Part shown: piece by piece, positions 26,741 through 36,348 of the stretch
How positions within the stretch are numbered: the stretch's first letter is position 1
Layout: each line of letters starts with the position of its first letter
The notes under the pieces: generated by a model
Databases searched by the model: none
The model's input: only the letters and a program-made list of their open reading frames with translations
Told to the model about the DNA's origin: nothing
Origin: an uncultured Planctomycetia bacterium
GTDB taxonomy: Bacteria; Planctomycetota; MHYJ01; CAYXQY01
DNA length: 47,670 bases
Direction: 5' to 3'
Assembly (NCBI GenBank): GCA_964594615.1
Contig: CAZQNZ010000003.1
Location: 1-47,670, forward strand
Made by a program: the position numbers and the translations under genes

Positions 26741-27825
26741 CCAGCACAGGAGAACGCACACAACTCGGTTTCGTCTACCACGAGAACTACCTTCTTCACG
26801 AGCACAGTCCCACGCACCCGGAGCGTCGTGAGCGTTTGATGTACACGATGGATCAGCTGGAAGAGGAAGGGTTCCTGGACATGGACTGTGTGGACGTCAT
26901 CGAACCGGATCCGGCCAGCGAGAACGACATGGAGCTTGTGCATGAAACGTCCTACCTGAATCGGTTGAAGCAGATGTCCGAGCGGGGACGGGGATCCTTG
27001 AGCATGGATACCCACGTGTCGGAGCACCTCTGGGAACAGGCGTTGCTGGCGGCCGGAGGGGTCATGCAGGCGGGCGAGCTGGTTGCGGAGGGGCAATACA
27101 GTCGGACGTACCTGATGTCCCGGCCGGGCGGGCACCATGCGTTTTCGGATCACGGTCACGGGTTCTGTTTTACGAACAACACGGCCGTAGCGCTGCGGCA
27201 CCTGCAGAACACCTACGATCACATCGATGATATCCTGGTCTGGGACTGGGATGCGCATCACTGTGACGGGACGCAATCCATTTTCTATGAGGATCCGAGT
27301 GTGCTCGTGCTCTCCACGCACCAGGACGGCCGGACCCTGTTTCCGGGAACGGGAGCGGTGGAGGAAACCGGTTCAGGTGCCGGGGAGGGCTACACGATCA
27401 ATGTCCCGCTTCCACCACGAACCGGTGATGCGTCCTACATGAACGTCGTAGAGGAGATTTTCGAACCCGTGGCCGGACAGTTCGAACCGGATTTCTTTTT
27501 CATTGAAGCCGGTCAGGATAACCACTACACGGATCCGATTACGAACCTGGGTGTGACCGCTCGCGGCTACACGAAACTCATGGAGGCGGCCGTTCGAACG
27601 GCGGAGAAACTGACGGATGGGGCATTTATGGCGTCCCAGGCGGGGGGATACGGCATCGAATCCGGTCTGCCGTACACGAACACGGGCGTGCTGGCGGCAA
27701 TGGCCGGCCTGGACACGTCCAGCGTTCGTGAACCGGGGCAACAACAGCCCCCGGAGGACACGGGAGACGTGCAGGGGGTCATCCGAAAGGTGAAGGACAC
27801 ACATTCCTCCCACTGGGCGTTCTGA
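26737..27825 (+). CDS. Histone deacetylase-family Zn amidohydrolase
   Basis: ATGA overlap with the previous gene; HPERRERL, RPGGHHA, GFC, DWDAHHCDGTQ, AGQD, GGY. Confidence 0.93.
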   Translation: MTSTGERTQLGFVYHENYLLHEHSPTHPERRERLMYTMDQLEEEGFLDMDCVDVIEPDPASENDMELVHETSYLNRLKQMSERGRGSLSMDTHVSEHLWEQALLAAGGVMQAGELVAEGQYSRTYLMSRPGGHHAFSDHGHGFCFTNNTAVALRHLQNTYDHIDDILVWDWDAHHCDGTQSIFYEDPSVLVLSTHQDGRTLFPGTGAVEETGSGAGEGYTINVPLPPRTGDASYMNVVEEIFEPVAGQFEPDFFFIEAGQDNHYTDPITNLGVTARGYTKLMEAAVRTAEKLTDGAFMASQAGGYGIESGLPYTNTGVLAAMAGLDTSSVREPGQQQPPEDTGDVQGVIRKVKDTHSSHWAF

Positions 27826-28096
27826 CCGTCTTCGGGAAAGGGATCAAACAACGTTTCCGGGGCCGGCGCGAAGGAAAGAAGGAAAATTGGAAAAGCACTG
27901 AACATTGAATCGGTATCGGGGGCTCAAGTGCTCCCGAAGCCCAACGAAGATTTACGACATCTCGAGACACACCGCAAGAAAATGGATGTCGAAAAAGTTA
28001 AAGATCATTCGGGCCAAATGACGATGAACAAATTGTTAGTATCCACGTCACGCTCTCTTATAATACGTCACCTCGTTCACGTCCATCTTCCTGCCC

Positions 28097-29434
28097 ATGT
28101 CCCTGAACCAAAAGGTTGTTCTTCTTGTCGTTTTGATCGGTGCGGTTGCCGCCATTGCTTTTTACGAAACACGATCTGAAACAACGAAAACGAATGATTC
28201 GACGTCGGTTGCGACCTCCTCGTCGAACGAACAGACAACGGAGGGGGACGGTCTTGACCTCACTCGTGACGAGCAGGAATCGTCCAGTGACGCCGCCGAA
28301 TCGGATCAAGACGGCAACATGACGGAGGTGTCGGAAGATGAATCCACCGCCTCGACGGACTCATCCCCGTCCGGCTCAACGTCCGAACCATCGTCCGACG
28401 TAACGTTCAGCGGAGAATTTGCCACCACCGAGCACGCAACAAATCAGAGTGAGGACGGTGAAATGGATGGGTTGACCCTGTCAACGGGCGATGAAACGTC
28501 ATCGCAGGAAGGGAACACGGAGGGCGATCAGAAAATGAGCCGTTCTTCGAACAATTCCTCGGGAGGCAATTCAGTGGGGGCTGTGACGGGCGAGGACCTC
28601 CCTTCCGCAAACTCCGATCCGTCGACGACCTCGTCGGGTTCCTCCACTGATTCGACCACGGAGGACACGGGGTCCGATGGATATGACACCTATGAGGTAC
28701 AGAGGGGGGATAACCTGTGGAAAATCGCCAGCAAGCAGTATGGTTCAGGCAGCCAGTGGAAGCGAATCAAGAAAGCGAATTCGGAGAAGATCGGCGATTC
28801 GAATGATCTGAAACAGGGTCAAGTTCTGCGAATCCCGACGAAGGAATCGTCAGGATCGACCACCGCAAATGCGGCCGGTGGAACTTCGTCCCAGGATATC
28901 GTGGTGCAGCAGGAAGCAACGGGTTCACAGGATCTGACAAATGGGTCGACCGGATCCGGGGAGACCACGCCCGATTCTTCAAACGAAACGGAAGGCGATT
29001 CAACCGGTTCCTACACGGTGCAGGAAGGGGATCGCCTGTGGAACATTGTGCAACAGCAGTACGGTTCAGCCACGTATGACCTCGTTCAGAAGGTGGCGGA
29101 CCACAATGACATCAATCCCCGAGCACTTCGTCCCGGGATGGAGCTCGACCTGCCCGCGGATCTTTCGTCGTCGGAATCCGCGACGTCGACCGGTTCATCC
29201 GCGGCGTCGACCACTCGGAATACGTCCGACAGTGCCGGCAACCCACCGTTTGAACCGGATGCGGGCCAGAAGTGGTACCGGGTGAAGAGGGGAGAAAGCC
29301 TCTGGAAGATTTCCAAAAAGGAATTTGGGGCCGGCAAATATTTCACCCGGATCTGGGAGCTGAACAAGGATCGACTGGAAGATTATAATTCCCTGTCCTC
29401 CGGGACCTGGGTTCTGCTTCCGGAGCGTCCGTAG
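28097..29434 (+). CDS. Membrane-anchored LysM peptidoglycan-binding protein (3 LysM domains)
   Basis: N-terminal TM; YEVQRGDNLWKIA, YTVQEGDRLWNIV, YRVKRGESLWKIS separated by Ser/Thr/Asp/Glu-rich linkers. Confidence 0.92.
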   Translation: MSLNQKVVLLVVLIGAVAAIAFYETRSETTKTNDSTSVATSSSNEQTTEGDGLDLTRDEQESSSDAAESDQDGNMTEVSEDESTASTDSSPSGSTSEPSSDVTFSGEFATTEHATNQSEDGEMDGLTLSTGDETSSQEGNTEGDQKMSRSSNNSSGGNSVGAVTGEDLPSANSDPSTTSSGSSTDSTTEDTGSDGYDTYEVQRGDNLWKIASKQYGSGSQWKRIKKANSEKIGDSNDLKQGQVLRIPTKESSGSTTANAAGGTSSQDIVVQQEATGSQDLTNGSTGSGETTPDSSNETEGDSTGSYTVQEGDRLWNIVQQQYGSATYDLVQKVADHNDINPRALRPGMELDLPADLSSSESATSTGSSAASTTRNTSDSAGNPPFEPDAGQKWYRVKRGESLWKISKKEFGAGKYFTRIWELNKDRLEDYNSLSSGTWVLLPERP

Positions 29435-29498
29435 TTCAGAGACGGCGTTTCGTTCGTACTTGCGGGTCCACGGGTAACGGGTATGGGCGGTGAATGAA

Positions 29499-29654
29499 AC
29501 GGCCCCCCTGCCTGCCGGGTTATGATCCATCGGACCGGCTTCCCGGCTCCACCAGATCTTAGCCGTGGGGAGCCCCGGCACATCGACTCGTGACGTTCAT
29601 GGGATTCGGCTCGGAGGGCCGGACCGACCGATGAGACCTTTCTGCGGGGACGCC
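29499..29654 (-). ncRNA. ssrS: Probable 6S RNA (ends approximate)
   Basis: Minus-strand blocks GGTCCGGCCCTCCGAGCCGA, GGGGCTCC and CCGGGAAGCC follow the order of E. coli 6S blocks as I recall them; ends pair (GGCGTCCCCGC/GCAGGGGGGCC); rod-like fold. Confidence 0.6.
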
Positions 29655-29708
29655 CTATCACAGAGGTGGTCCAATGGGGGGGATGAGCCGACTTTGCGTC
29701 CTGCGTCA

Positions 29709-31004
29709 TCAGGGCCGGCCGACCGATTCGTAGATCAGTCCCTTCGATCGTACGGCCTCCGGGTCGTACATGTTTCGGGCATCCAGTAGAAAAGGAAGGG
29801 ACATGTTCTCCTTCAGACGATCCAGATCCAGTTCGCCGAACTCCGGCCAGTCCGTGGTGATGACAAGGGCTTCGGCGTCCGCTGCCGCTTCGTACGGTGA
29901 GGACGCGTAGTCGATCCGGTTTCCCAGTACGTCTCGAGTGTTTTCGATGGCTTTGGGATCGTAGCCGGTAATTGAACAGCCCTCGTCCAGCAGGTCTTCA
30001 ATCAAGTAGATGCCCGGGGATTCACGAATGTCGTCCGTGCCGGGTTTGAAGGACAATCCGAGCACGCCGATGGATTTATTGTTCAGTACCCAGAGCTCTT
30101 GGCGTATTTTTTCCAGTACCCGATCCCGCTGTGTTTCGTTGATCTCCTGCACGTGTTCGAGCAGATCGAAGTCGTATCCGAGCTCCTCTGACAGGTTGTG
30201 AAACGCTTCCACGTCCTTGGGAAAGCACGAACCGCCGTATCCGATGCCGGCCTGCAGGAAATGGGGACCGATGCGTGGATCCATGCCCATGCCGCGAGCG
30301 ACTTCGTCGACGTCGGCGCCGGAAGCTTCACAGATGCGGGAGACGGCGTTGATGTAGGAAATTTTCATGGCCAGGAAGGAGTTTGACGCGTGCTTGATCA
30401 GTTCGGCCGAATTCAGGTCCGTCACAATCAGTGGGGCGTCAAACGGCTCGTAGATGTCCCGCATGGTTTCCTCCGCTTTGTCGGAGGTAACCCCCACCAC
30501 GATACGATGCGGGTTTCGCGCATCCGCCAGGGCACTTCCCTCCGACAGGAATTCCGGATTCGAAACCACGTCGAAGGAGACATCACGTTCCGTGTGGCGT
30601 TCGATTGTGGTGCCGACACGCTCACCCGTGTTGACCGGAACCGTGCTTTTTTCGACGATGATACGGTACGAGGAGAGGTTGGATGCGATATCCCGTGCGG
30701 CCTGCTCGATCGCGGTGAGGTCCGGTGCACCCGAATCGGTTGCCGGCGTACCAACGGCAATGTAGATGACACGTCCGTGTTCGACTGCCTTCGATGTGGA
30801 GGTCGTGAAACCTAGCTGATCCTGCTCCATCCGGGATTGCACCAGTTCCTCAAGCCCTTCCTCGAAGATGGGCAGGTTGCCCTGCTGAAGTTGCGAAATT
30901 TTTTCCTCGTCCACGTCGGCGCAGAGGACGTCGTGACCGGCTTCTGAGAGGCAGGCACCGGTAACAAGCCCGACGTATCCGGTTCCAATCACCGAGATGT
31001 CCAT
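29709..31004 (-). CDS. ugd: UDP-glucose 6-dehydrogenase
   Basis: IGTGYVGL, AVGTP, KSTVP, NPEFL.EG, GYGGSCFPKD, FKPGTDDIRES. Confidence 0.96.
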   Translation of the reverse strand: MDISVIGTGYVGLVTGACLSEAGHDVLCADVDEEKISQLQQGNLPIFEEGLEELVQSRMEQDQLGFTTSTSKAVEHGRVIYIAVGTPATDSGAPDLTAIEQAARDIASNLSSYRIIVEKSTVPVNTGERVGTTIERHTERDVSFDVVSNPEFLSEGSALADARNPHRIVVGVTSDKAEETMRDIYEPFDAPLIVTDLNSAELIKHASNSFLAMKISYINAVSRICEASGADVDEVARGMGMDPRIGPHFLQAGIGYGGSCFPKDVEAFHNLSEELGYDFDLLEHVQEINETQRDRVLEKIRQELWVLNNKSIGVLGLSFKPGTDDIRESPGIYLIEDLLDEGCSITGYDPKAIENTRDVLGNRIDYASSPYEAAADAEALVITTDWPEFGELDLDRLKENMSLPFLLDARNMYDPEAVRSKGLIYESVGRP

Positions 31005-31306
31005 GAATTTTCGTTCACGTAATTGAATCAGAAAATGTGTGGCTCCCCCGAAGCCGGGACATCAGGGGGATGAAATGATGCTTTTGCATATTCGTTTTAC
31101 TGTTCCCTTTGATTACCTACAGAAGTTATATCGACGCAGAAGGAGAATTCCAAATGCTCAAACCGAGAAAACCGTTCACAGAGGGAGGGATTTTGAGATC
31201 CATTACTTGAAGTTCCTTTCTCCATCAGTTATCGTAACGACATCAAACTTTTAAGAGGCCTGTTTGTTGAAGAAGGAAGATGCCACGTTTGAATTCGTCG
31301 AAAGAC

Positions 31307-31384
31307 ATGCGCGTGTTGTTTGATCTGAAACGGGCGTTTCTGTATTCCAACTTCTTTCGCTCGGCGTACGCATATATCAGCTGA
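31307..31384 (+). CDS. Candidate Phe/Tyr-rich attenuator leader peptide MRVLFDLKRAFLYSNFFRSAYAYIS (alternative in-frame ATG at 31280)
   Basis: 4 Phe + 3 Tyr in 25 codons; ends 147 nt upstream of the DAHP synthase gene; followed by hairpins. Confidence 0.6.
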   Translation: MRVLFDLKRAFLYSNFFRSAYAYIS

Positions 31385-31531
31385 GGGGGCAGGCGCAGGG
31401 GGAGTGGCCGCCGTTGACCTTCTTTCCAGTGGCCCGCTTTCCTGACTCATTCGGACCGCACTGAGGTCCTATCTTCTTCGTCACTCTTACTTCGATTCAC
31501 GTTTGTACCGTCATTCGGGAGGAAGCCCACT

Positions 31532-32608
31532 ATGATTATTATTATGAACACCGACGCCACCGAGGAGCAGATTGATCACGTCATTCAAGACTTTGAAGAC
31601 CGAGGATTCGACACGCACCTATCCGAAGGCGAACAGAAAACCGTCATCGGGATTATCGGGGATACTCACAAACTGAGTGAGGGACCGGTCGAATCGATGG
31701 ACGGGGTCGAAAAAGCCATGAAAGTGCAAAAACCGTACAAGCTGGCCAGCCGGGAGTTTCATCCGAAAGACAGTACCGTCCAGGTGGATGACGTCGAAAT
31801 CGGCGGGGATGAAATTGTCATCATGGCCGGTCCCTGTTCGGTGGAGAGCCGGGATCAGATGATGGAAACGGCGGAGGCCGTAAAGAATGCCGGGGCAAAG
31901 GTCCTGCGAGGAGGTGCGTATAAGCCGAGAACCTCTCCATACAGTTTCCAGGGCCTGGGAGAAGAAGGTCTGGAAATCATGAAAGACGTGGCGGAGGAGA
32001 CGGGTCTGAAAATGGTCACGGAGGTGATGGGGCCCAATCAGGTGGAGCAGATCGGTGAGTTCACCGACATCTTCCAGCTGGGTGCCCGAAACATGCAGAA
32101 CTACAACTTGCTCCGTGCCGTCGGCCGAACGGACACGCCCGTTCTCCTGAAACGTGGGTTCCGTTCCAAGATTGACGAGTTCCTTCTGGCTGCGGAATAC
32201 ATCATGAACGAAGGCAACGAGGATGTCATCTTATGCTGCCGGGGGATTCGAACGTTTGATCGGGCTCACACACGCAATACGATGGACATCAACGCCGTCG
32301 CGGTGCTGAACAAACTCAGTCACCTGCCGGTGGTGATGGATCCCAGTCACGGGACCGGAAAACGGGATCTGGTGCCCGCCGGTGCAAGGGCTGCTGTTGC
32401 TGCCGGTGCAGATGGATTACTGGTGGAATCTCACCGGAATCCGGAGAATGCACTATCGGACGGACCGCAACAGCTTCCACCGGAGATGTTCCGCGACGTC
32501 ATGGATCAACTCCGGGACGTGGCCAGCGCTGTTGGACGTACGATCCAGGAGCCGCTGGAAGAAGAAACCGCCTCGGACGAATCCGCTGCGGCAGCGGTCA
32601 GTTCGTAA
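31532..32608 (+). CDS. aroF: DAHP synthase type I-beta with N-terminal ACT-like regulatory domain
   Basis: AGPCSVES, GGAYKPRTSPYSFQG, QLGARNMQN, LLKRG, DPSHGTG; N-terminal extension with TVIGIIGD. Confidence 0.96.
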   Translation: MIIIMNTDATEEQIDHVIQDFEDRGFDTHLSEGEQKTVIGIIGDTHKLSEGPVESMDGVEKAMKVQKPYKLASREFHPKDSTVQVDDVEIGGDEIVIMAGPCSVESRDQMMETAEAVKNAGAKVLRGGAYKPRTSPYSFQGLGEEGLEIMKDVAEETGLKMVTEVMGPNQVEQIGEFTDIFQLGARNMQNYNLLRAVGRTDTPVLLKRGFRSKIDEFLLAAEYIMNEGNEDVILCCRGIRTFDRAHTRNTMDINAVAVLNKLSHLPVVMDPSHGTGKRDLVPAGARAAVAAGADGLLVESHRNPENALSDGPQQLPPEMFRDVMDQLRDVASAVGRTIQEPLEEETASDESAAAAVSS

Positions 32609-32832
32609 CGTCCCGATCGGAACGGGCTGAATGAAGGGGCGTTCAGGAGCCTCTCACGGGTACCGACATCCGAGAACTGATCGCGGATGGGTCGGACTGT
32701 TCCCGCAAACGGTTTCCTGTATCGGGCCCCGTTCTTCCATCTCCCGGTGCGAGGTGGTTCCATGCTTGACTGTTGGGCGACGATGGAGAGCTTCGTGACC
32801 GTCCTGTTCACCGTACGATCGACCCCAGTGAA

Positions 32833-33957
32833 ATGTCAGATGCAGATGCGATAGACGAGATCGAGGACCTTCGTGCGCAGTTGAAGGACCTGGATCGGGA
32901 GGTCCTATCCCTGATCAAAAAACGCATGGACATCGTCCAGGACATCGGTCGCCTCAAGAAGGAAAAGGACCTGCCCACCCGTGATTCCGATCAGGAAAAG
33001 AAGGTGGTGGGGCGGGCCCGGGAGGTATCCGAGGAACTGGGTCTGGATCCGGACGTGAGTGAGGATATCATGCTCCGGTTGATCGACGCGTCTTTGAAAG
33101 TTCAGGAGCAGGATCGGATGAGTCAACGCTCACGGGGCAGCGGCAAGAGTGTGTTGATCATTGGTGGGGCCGGGACCATGGGGCGCTGGTTTACCAGTTT
33201 CCTGAACTCTCAGGATTACGACGTGGAGATCGCGGATCCGGCCGGTCCGGTGGACGGGGTTTGCTCGCATGAGGACTGGGAGGAACTGGACCTGACGTAC
33301 GACGTGATTATCGTCACCACCCCGATTCGTCAGACCCGGGAGGTCCTGTTGAAACTCGCCGAGCGCCGTCCGGACGGTCTGGTGTTTGACATCGCCTCCA
33401 TCAAGGGACCGATCTCCGATGCCCTAAAAAAACTGGTCGACGCCGGGGTCACGGCAACGTCTATCCATCCGATGTTCGGTCCGGACAAGAAGCTTCTCTC
33501 CGGACAGCACGTGGTGTTCATTGACCTGGGTGTTCAGGAGGCCGTGGAGCGAGCAAAACATCTTTTCGGGGGAACGATGGCGCGGCTTGTCGACATGGAT
33601 CTCGACACCCATGATCACGTCATCGCATATGTGCTCGGTCTGTCTCACGCCGTGAACATCGCGTTTTTTTCCGCCCTCTCGAACTGCGGGTATAACCTGG
33701 ACGACCTTCAGCAGATGTCCAGCACAACCTTTTCGGACCAGGTCGAGGTGGCCGAACAGGTCGCTCGTGAAAACCCCCGGTTGTATTACGAAATACAGGC
33801 GTTTAACGAGTTCAATGCGGAAGCACTCGATAAACTTGAGTCCGCTTTTGACGCCATTCAGAACGTCGTCAGCGATCACGAGGAGGAAGAGTTCGTGTCG
33901 TTGATGAAATCCGGACGATCGTTTCTCATGGAGGAGGACGATACGTATTCAAGCTGA
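32833..33957 (+). CDS. tyrA: Bifunctional chorismate mutase / prephenate dehydrogenase
   Basis: AroQ-type LR..LDREVL.LIKKR..IGRLK..RD..QE; then IIGGAGTMG, DIASIK, HPMFGP, HD...VLGLSH. Confidence 0.92.
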   Translation: MSDADAIDEIEDLRAQLKDLDREVLSLIKKRMDIVQDIGRLKKEKDLPTRDSDQEKKVVGRAREVSEELGLDPDVSEDIMLRLIDASLKVQEQDRMSQRSRGSGKSVLIIGGAGTMGRWFTSFLNSQDYDVEIADPAGPVDGVCSHEDWEELDLTYDVIIVTTPIRQTREVLLKLAERRPDGLVFDIASIKGPISDALKKLVDAGVTATSIHPMFGPDKKLLSGQHVVFIDLGVQEAVERAKHLFGGTMARLVDMDLDTHDHVIAYVLGLSHAVNIAFFSALSNCGYNLDDLQQMSSTTFSDQVEVAEQVARENPRLYYEIQAFNEFNAEALDKLESAFDAIQNVVSDHEEEEFVSLMKSGRSFLMEEDDTYSS

Positions 33958-34493
33958 CTCGTACCTCCGGATATGATTTGCTTGCCGATACGTCATCATC
34001 GGATGCATCTTTGTGACTGATTCTCCTCCGTCTTGATCCCGCACGGTCGATTTGTTGAGTTATGTCTGCACTCGGCATAAAATTGCCTTTGGTTCGATTT
34101 TCTTCATCGTTATGTCGATTCGGATCTCAACAGTTATACCCTGTCCGTTGAGGACAAGGAGATCCTCTTAAAATAAATTCACAACTTCCTGGTGACGTCC
34201 AGTAAGAAGGAAAACGCCGAAGCCATTGCAGCAGCATTTCGTGAGCGTGAGGAGATCACGAATGCGTTTATGGGCAAATCGTGGCCGGCCCGCTCAGTGA
34301 ACGACAGGAGCAACTCGAATCTTCTGGCCGATTGAAGAACTTTTTGTTCTCTCCAGCAAATCGGATCCGATGTCGCCGGAACAGGCCGAGAACGCGCTAC
34401 GCTCGTTCTTGAAGCGCAGGAAACCGTCGGCGCAGGACGGTTCCGTGTCGGACGCATAACGGGCGGAACTCATTTACAGAACCTTTCGAATCG

Positions 34494-36146
34494 GTGAACC
34501 AACAGGACACGGAAAAATCGAGCGGGGAGGACCGGGAGGCTGGTTCATCCGAGGGGGGTGTGCTGAGAGGAGCCGGTATTATTTCCGGCCTGACCCTTCT
34601 GAGTCGCATTCTGGGGTTGTTTCGAGAAGCGCTGTTTGCGGCCCTGTTTGAACTCTCCCTGGTCGCCGACGCGTTCCTGCTTGCCTATCAAGTTCCGAAC
34701 CTGTTTCGGAAACTGTTCGGAGAAGGTGCACTGAACGCAGCGTTCATTCCGGTTTATACGGACTACCTTGAAAACCGCAGCCCGGAGGAACGGAACCGAT
34801 TTGGTTCCGTCATACTGAACATCCTGGGCCTTCTCCTGAGTGTGATTGTTCTCGTGGGGATTTTGTTCAGTTTTTTTATTCCGGAGGTGTTTCAGGGCGT
34901 TGAATCCCGTGAGTGGCTGGAGCTGTTCTCATGGCTGTTTCGAATCATGTTTCCATACATGATCCTGATCTGCCTTGTCGCCGTGCTGGGGGGGTTGCTG
35001 AACGCACACAAGCATTTTGCGGCCCCGGCCGCAGCTCCGGTCCTGATGAACGTGATTCTCGTTTCCATCCTGTGCTGGTTGCATTTTACCTATCAACAGG
35101 GCGAACGTGATCTGTCGTATCTGGTCGTTTTCGTGGCCGTGGGTGTTCTGGTTGGAGGGGTGGTGCAGTTGCTCCTTCAGATGCCGCCCCTGGCCGCCCG
35201 GGGATTCCGGTATCGGCTTACGCTGGAATGGAATCATCCGGGGATCCGGCGTGTGCTGAAATTAATGGGGCCCTCCGTGGTGGGACTGGCGGTGGTTCAG
35301 GTCAATTTGCTTATGGACTCGGTCATTGCGATGGTGCTCGTTCCGGAAAGCGGGGCCATCACCGCTCTGTGGTTGGGGAACCGGGTCATGCAGGTCCCCT
35401 TTGCACTGATTGGCATTGCCATTTCCACGGCGGCCTTTCCGTATTTCTCCAGCCACGCCGCAAATGAGAAATACGAGAAGCTCGCCGAACAGGTGACGAG
35501 CGGGGTGCAGATCACCCTTTTCCTTGCCATTCCCTCCTCGGTGGGCCTTGCGATTCTTGCGGAACCGTCCGTACGCCTGCTGTTCCAGTACGGAAATTTC
35601 GGGGAGGCCGCTTCCGTTCGTACCGGTTCCGTGTTGCTCTATTATTCGCTTGGCATCTGGGCATTCTGTGTGTATCACGTGATGACCCGGGCGTTTTACG
35701 CGATGGAGGACACGTTAACGCCGGCTCGTGTGGCGATGTGGATGGTGGGATTGAACATCTGTTTAAACGTGTTCCTGGTCTGGCTGATGGGGTACAGTGA
35801 AACGGGGATCGCCCTCAGCACCAGTATTACCTCCTTCGTGAATGTGGTCGTGCTGATTACGTGGTTTACGCTCCGGCGTCATCCGTTGAACGTGCAACGT
35901 CTGGTGGCGTCGCTCGTTCGGTGTGCGGTGATTGCCGGGGTGATGGGACTGGGTACGTTCCTTGCCATGAACGCCATCCGAACGACTGCGGCCACGTCCA
36001 TCTGGGGACGCCTCGCGAATCGACTGTTTCAGGTGGGGGGACCCGTTCTCGTGGGAACGGTGCTGTACCTGGGCCTGATGTATCTTATCCGAGCGGACGA
36101 GATGATCAAACTCGTGCAACGGCTGATCGGTACGCAAACGGAGTAA
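34494..36146 (+). CDS. murJ: Lipid II flippase MurJ (MviN)
   Basis: SRILGLFRE, ADAF, PNLFRKLFGEGALNAAFIP, many TM segments, RAFYAMEDT.TP. Confidence 0.96.
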   Translation: MNQQDTEKSSGEDREAGSSEGGVLRGAGIISGLTLLSRILGLFREALFAALFELSLVADAFLLAYQVPNLFRKLFGEGALNAAFIPVYTDYLENRSPEERNRFGSVILNILGLLLSVIVLVGILFSFFIPEVFQGVESREWLELFSWLFRIMFPYMILICLVAVLGGLLNAHKHFAAPAAAPVLMNVILVSILCWLHFTYQQGERDLSYLVVFVAVGVLVGGVVQLLLQMPPLAARGFRYRLTLEWNHPGIRRVLKLMGPSVVGLAVVQVNLLMDSVIAMVLVPESGAITALWLGNRVMQVPFALIGIAISTAAFPYFSSHAANEKYEKLAEQVTSGVQITLFLAIPSSVGLAILAEPSVRLLFQYGNFGEAASVRTGSVLLYYSLGIWAFCVYHVMTRAFYAMEDTLTPARVAMWMVGLNICLNVFLVWLMGYSETGIALSTSITSFVNVVVLITWFTLRRHPLNVQRLVASLVRCAVIAGVMGLGTFLAMNAIRTTAATSIWGRLANRLFQVGGPVLVGTVLYLGLMYLIRADEMIKLVQRLIGTQTE

Positions 36147-36348
36147 GACGCTATTATCAGCGAGAAATAACAACCGGGACGTTTTTCGAATATAAGTCTC
36201 AGCCCCACCCGTTCCCTCCTGCATGACAATGGGTCCGTTGATCGAAGGAGGAGAGCCGCGACCGCACGCAGTGCGATGGAGACCGTTGAATAACTCAAAA
36301 ATCCGATTTTTCTCGCTCAACGTTTGAGGAATAAAGTGAGATTGAAAA

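Noticed and set aside
28150-29250. Tandem repeat or CRISPR-like periodicity
   Set aside because: Low-complexity Ser/Thr codons and diverged LysM repeats only; no repeat-spacer array or cas genes were seen anywhere in the window.
29499-29654. SRP (4.5S) RNA
   Set aside because: Lacks the CAGG..GNRA..AGCA domain IV signature; the 6S blocks fit better.
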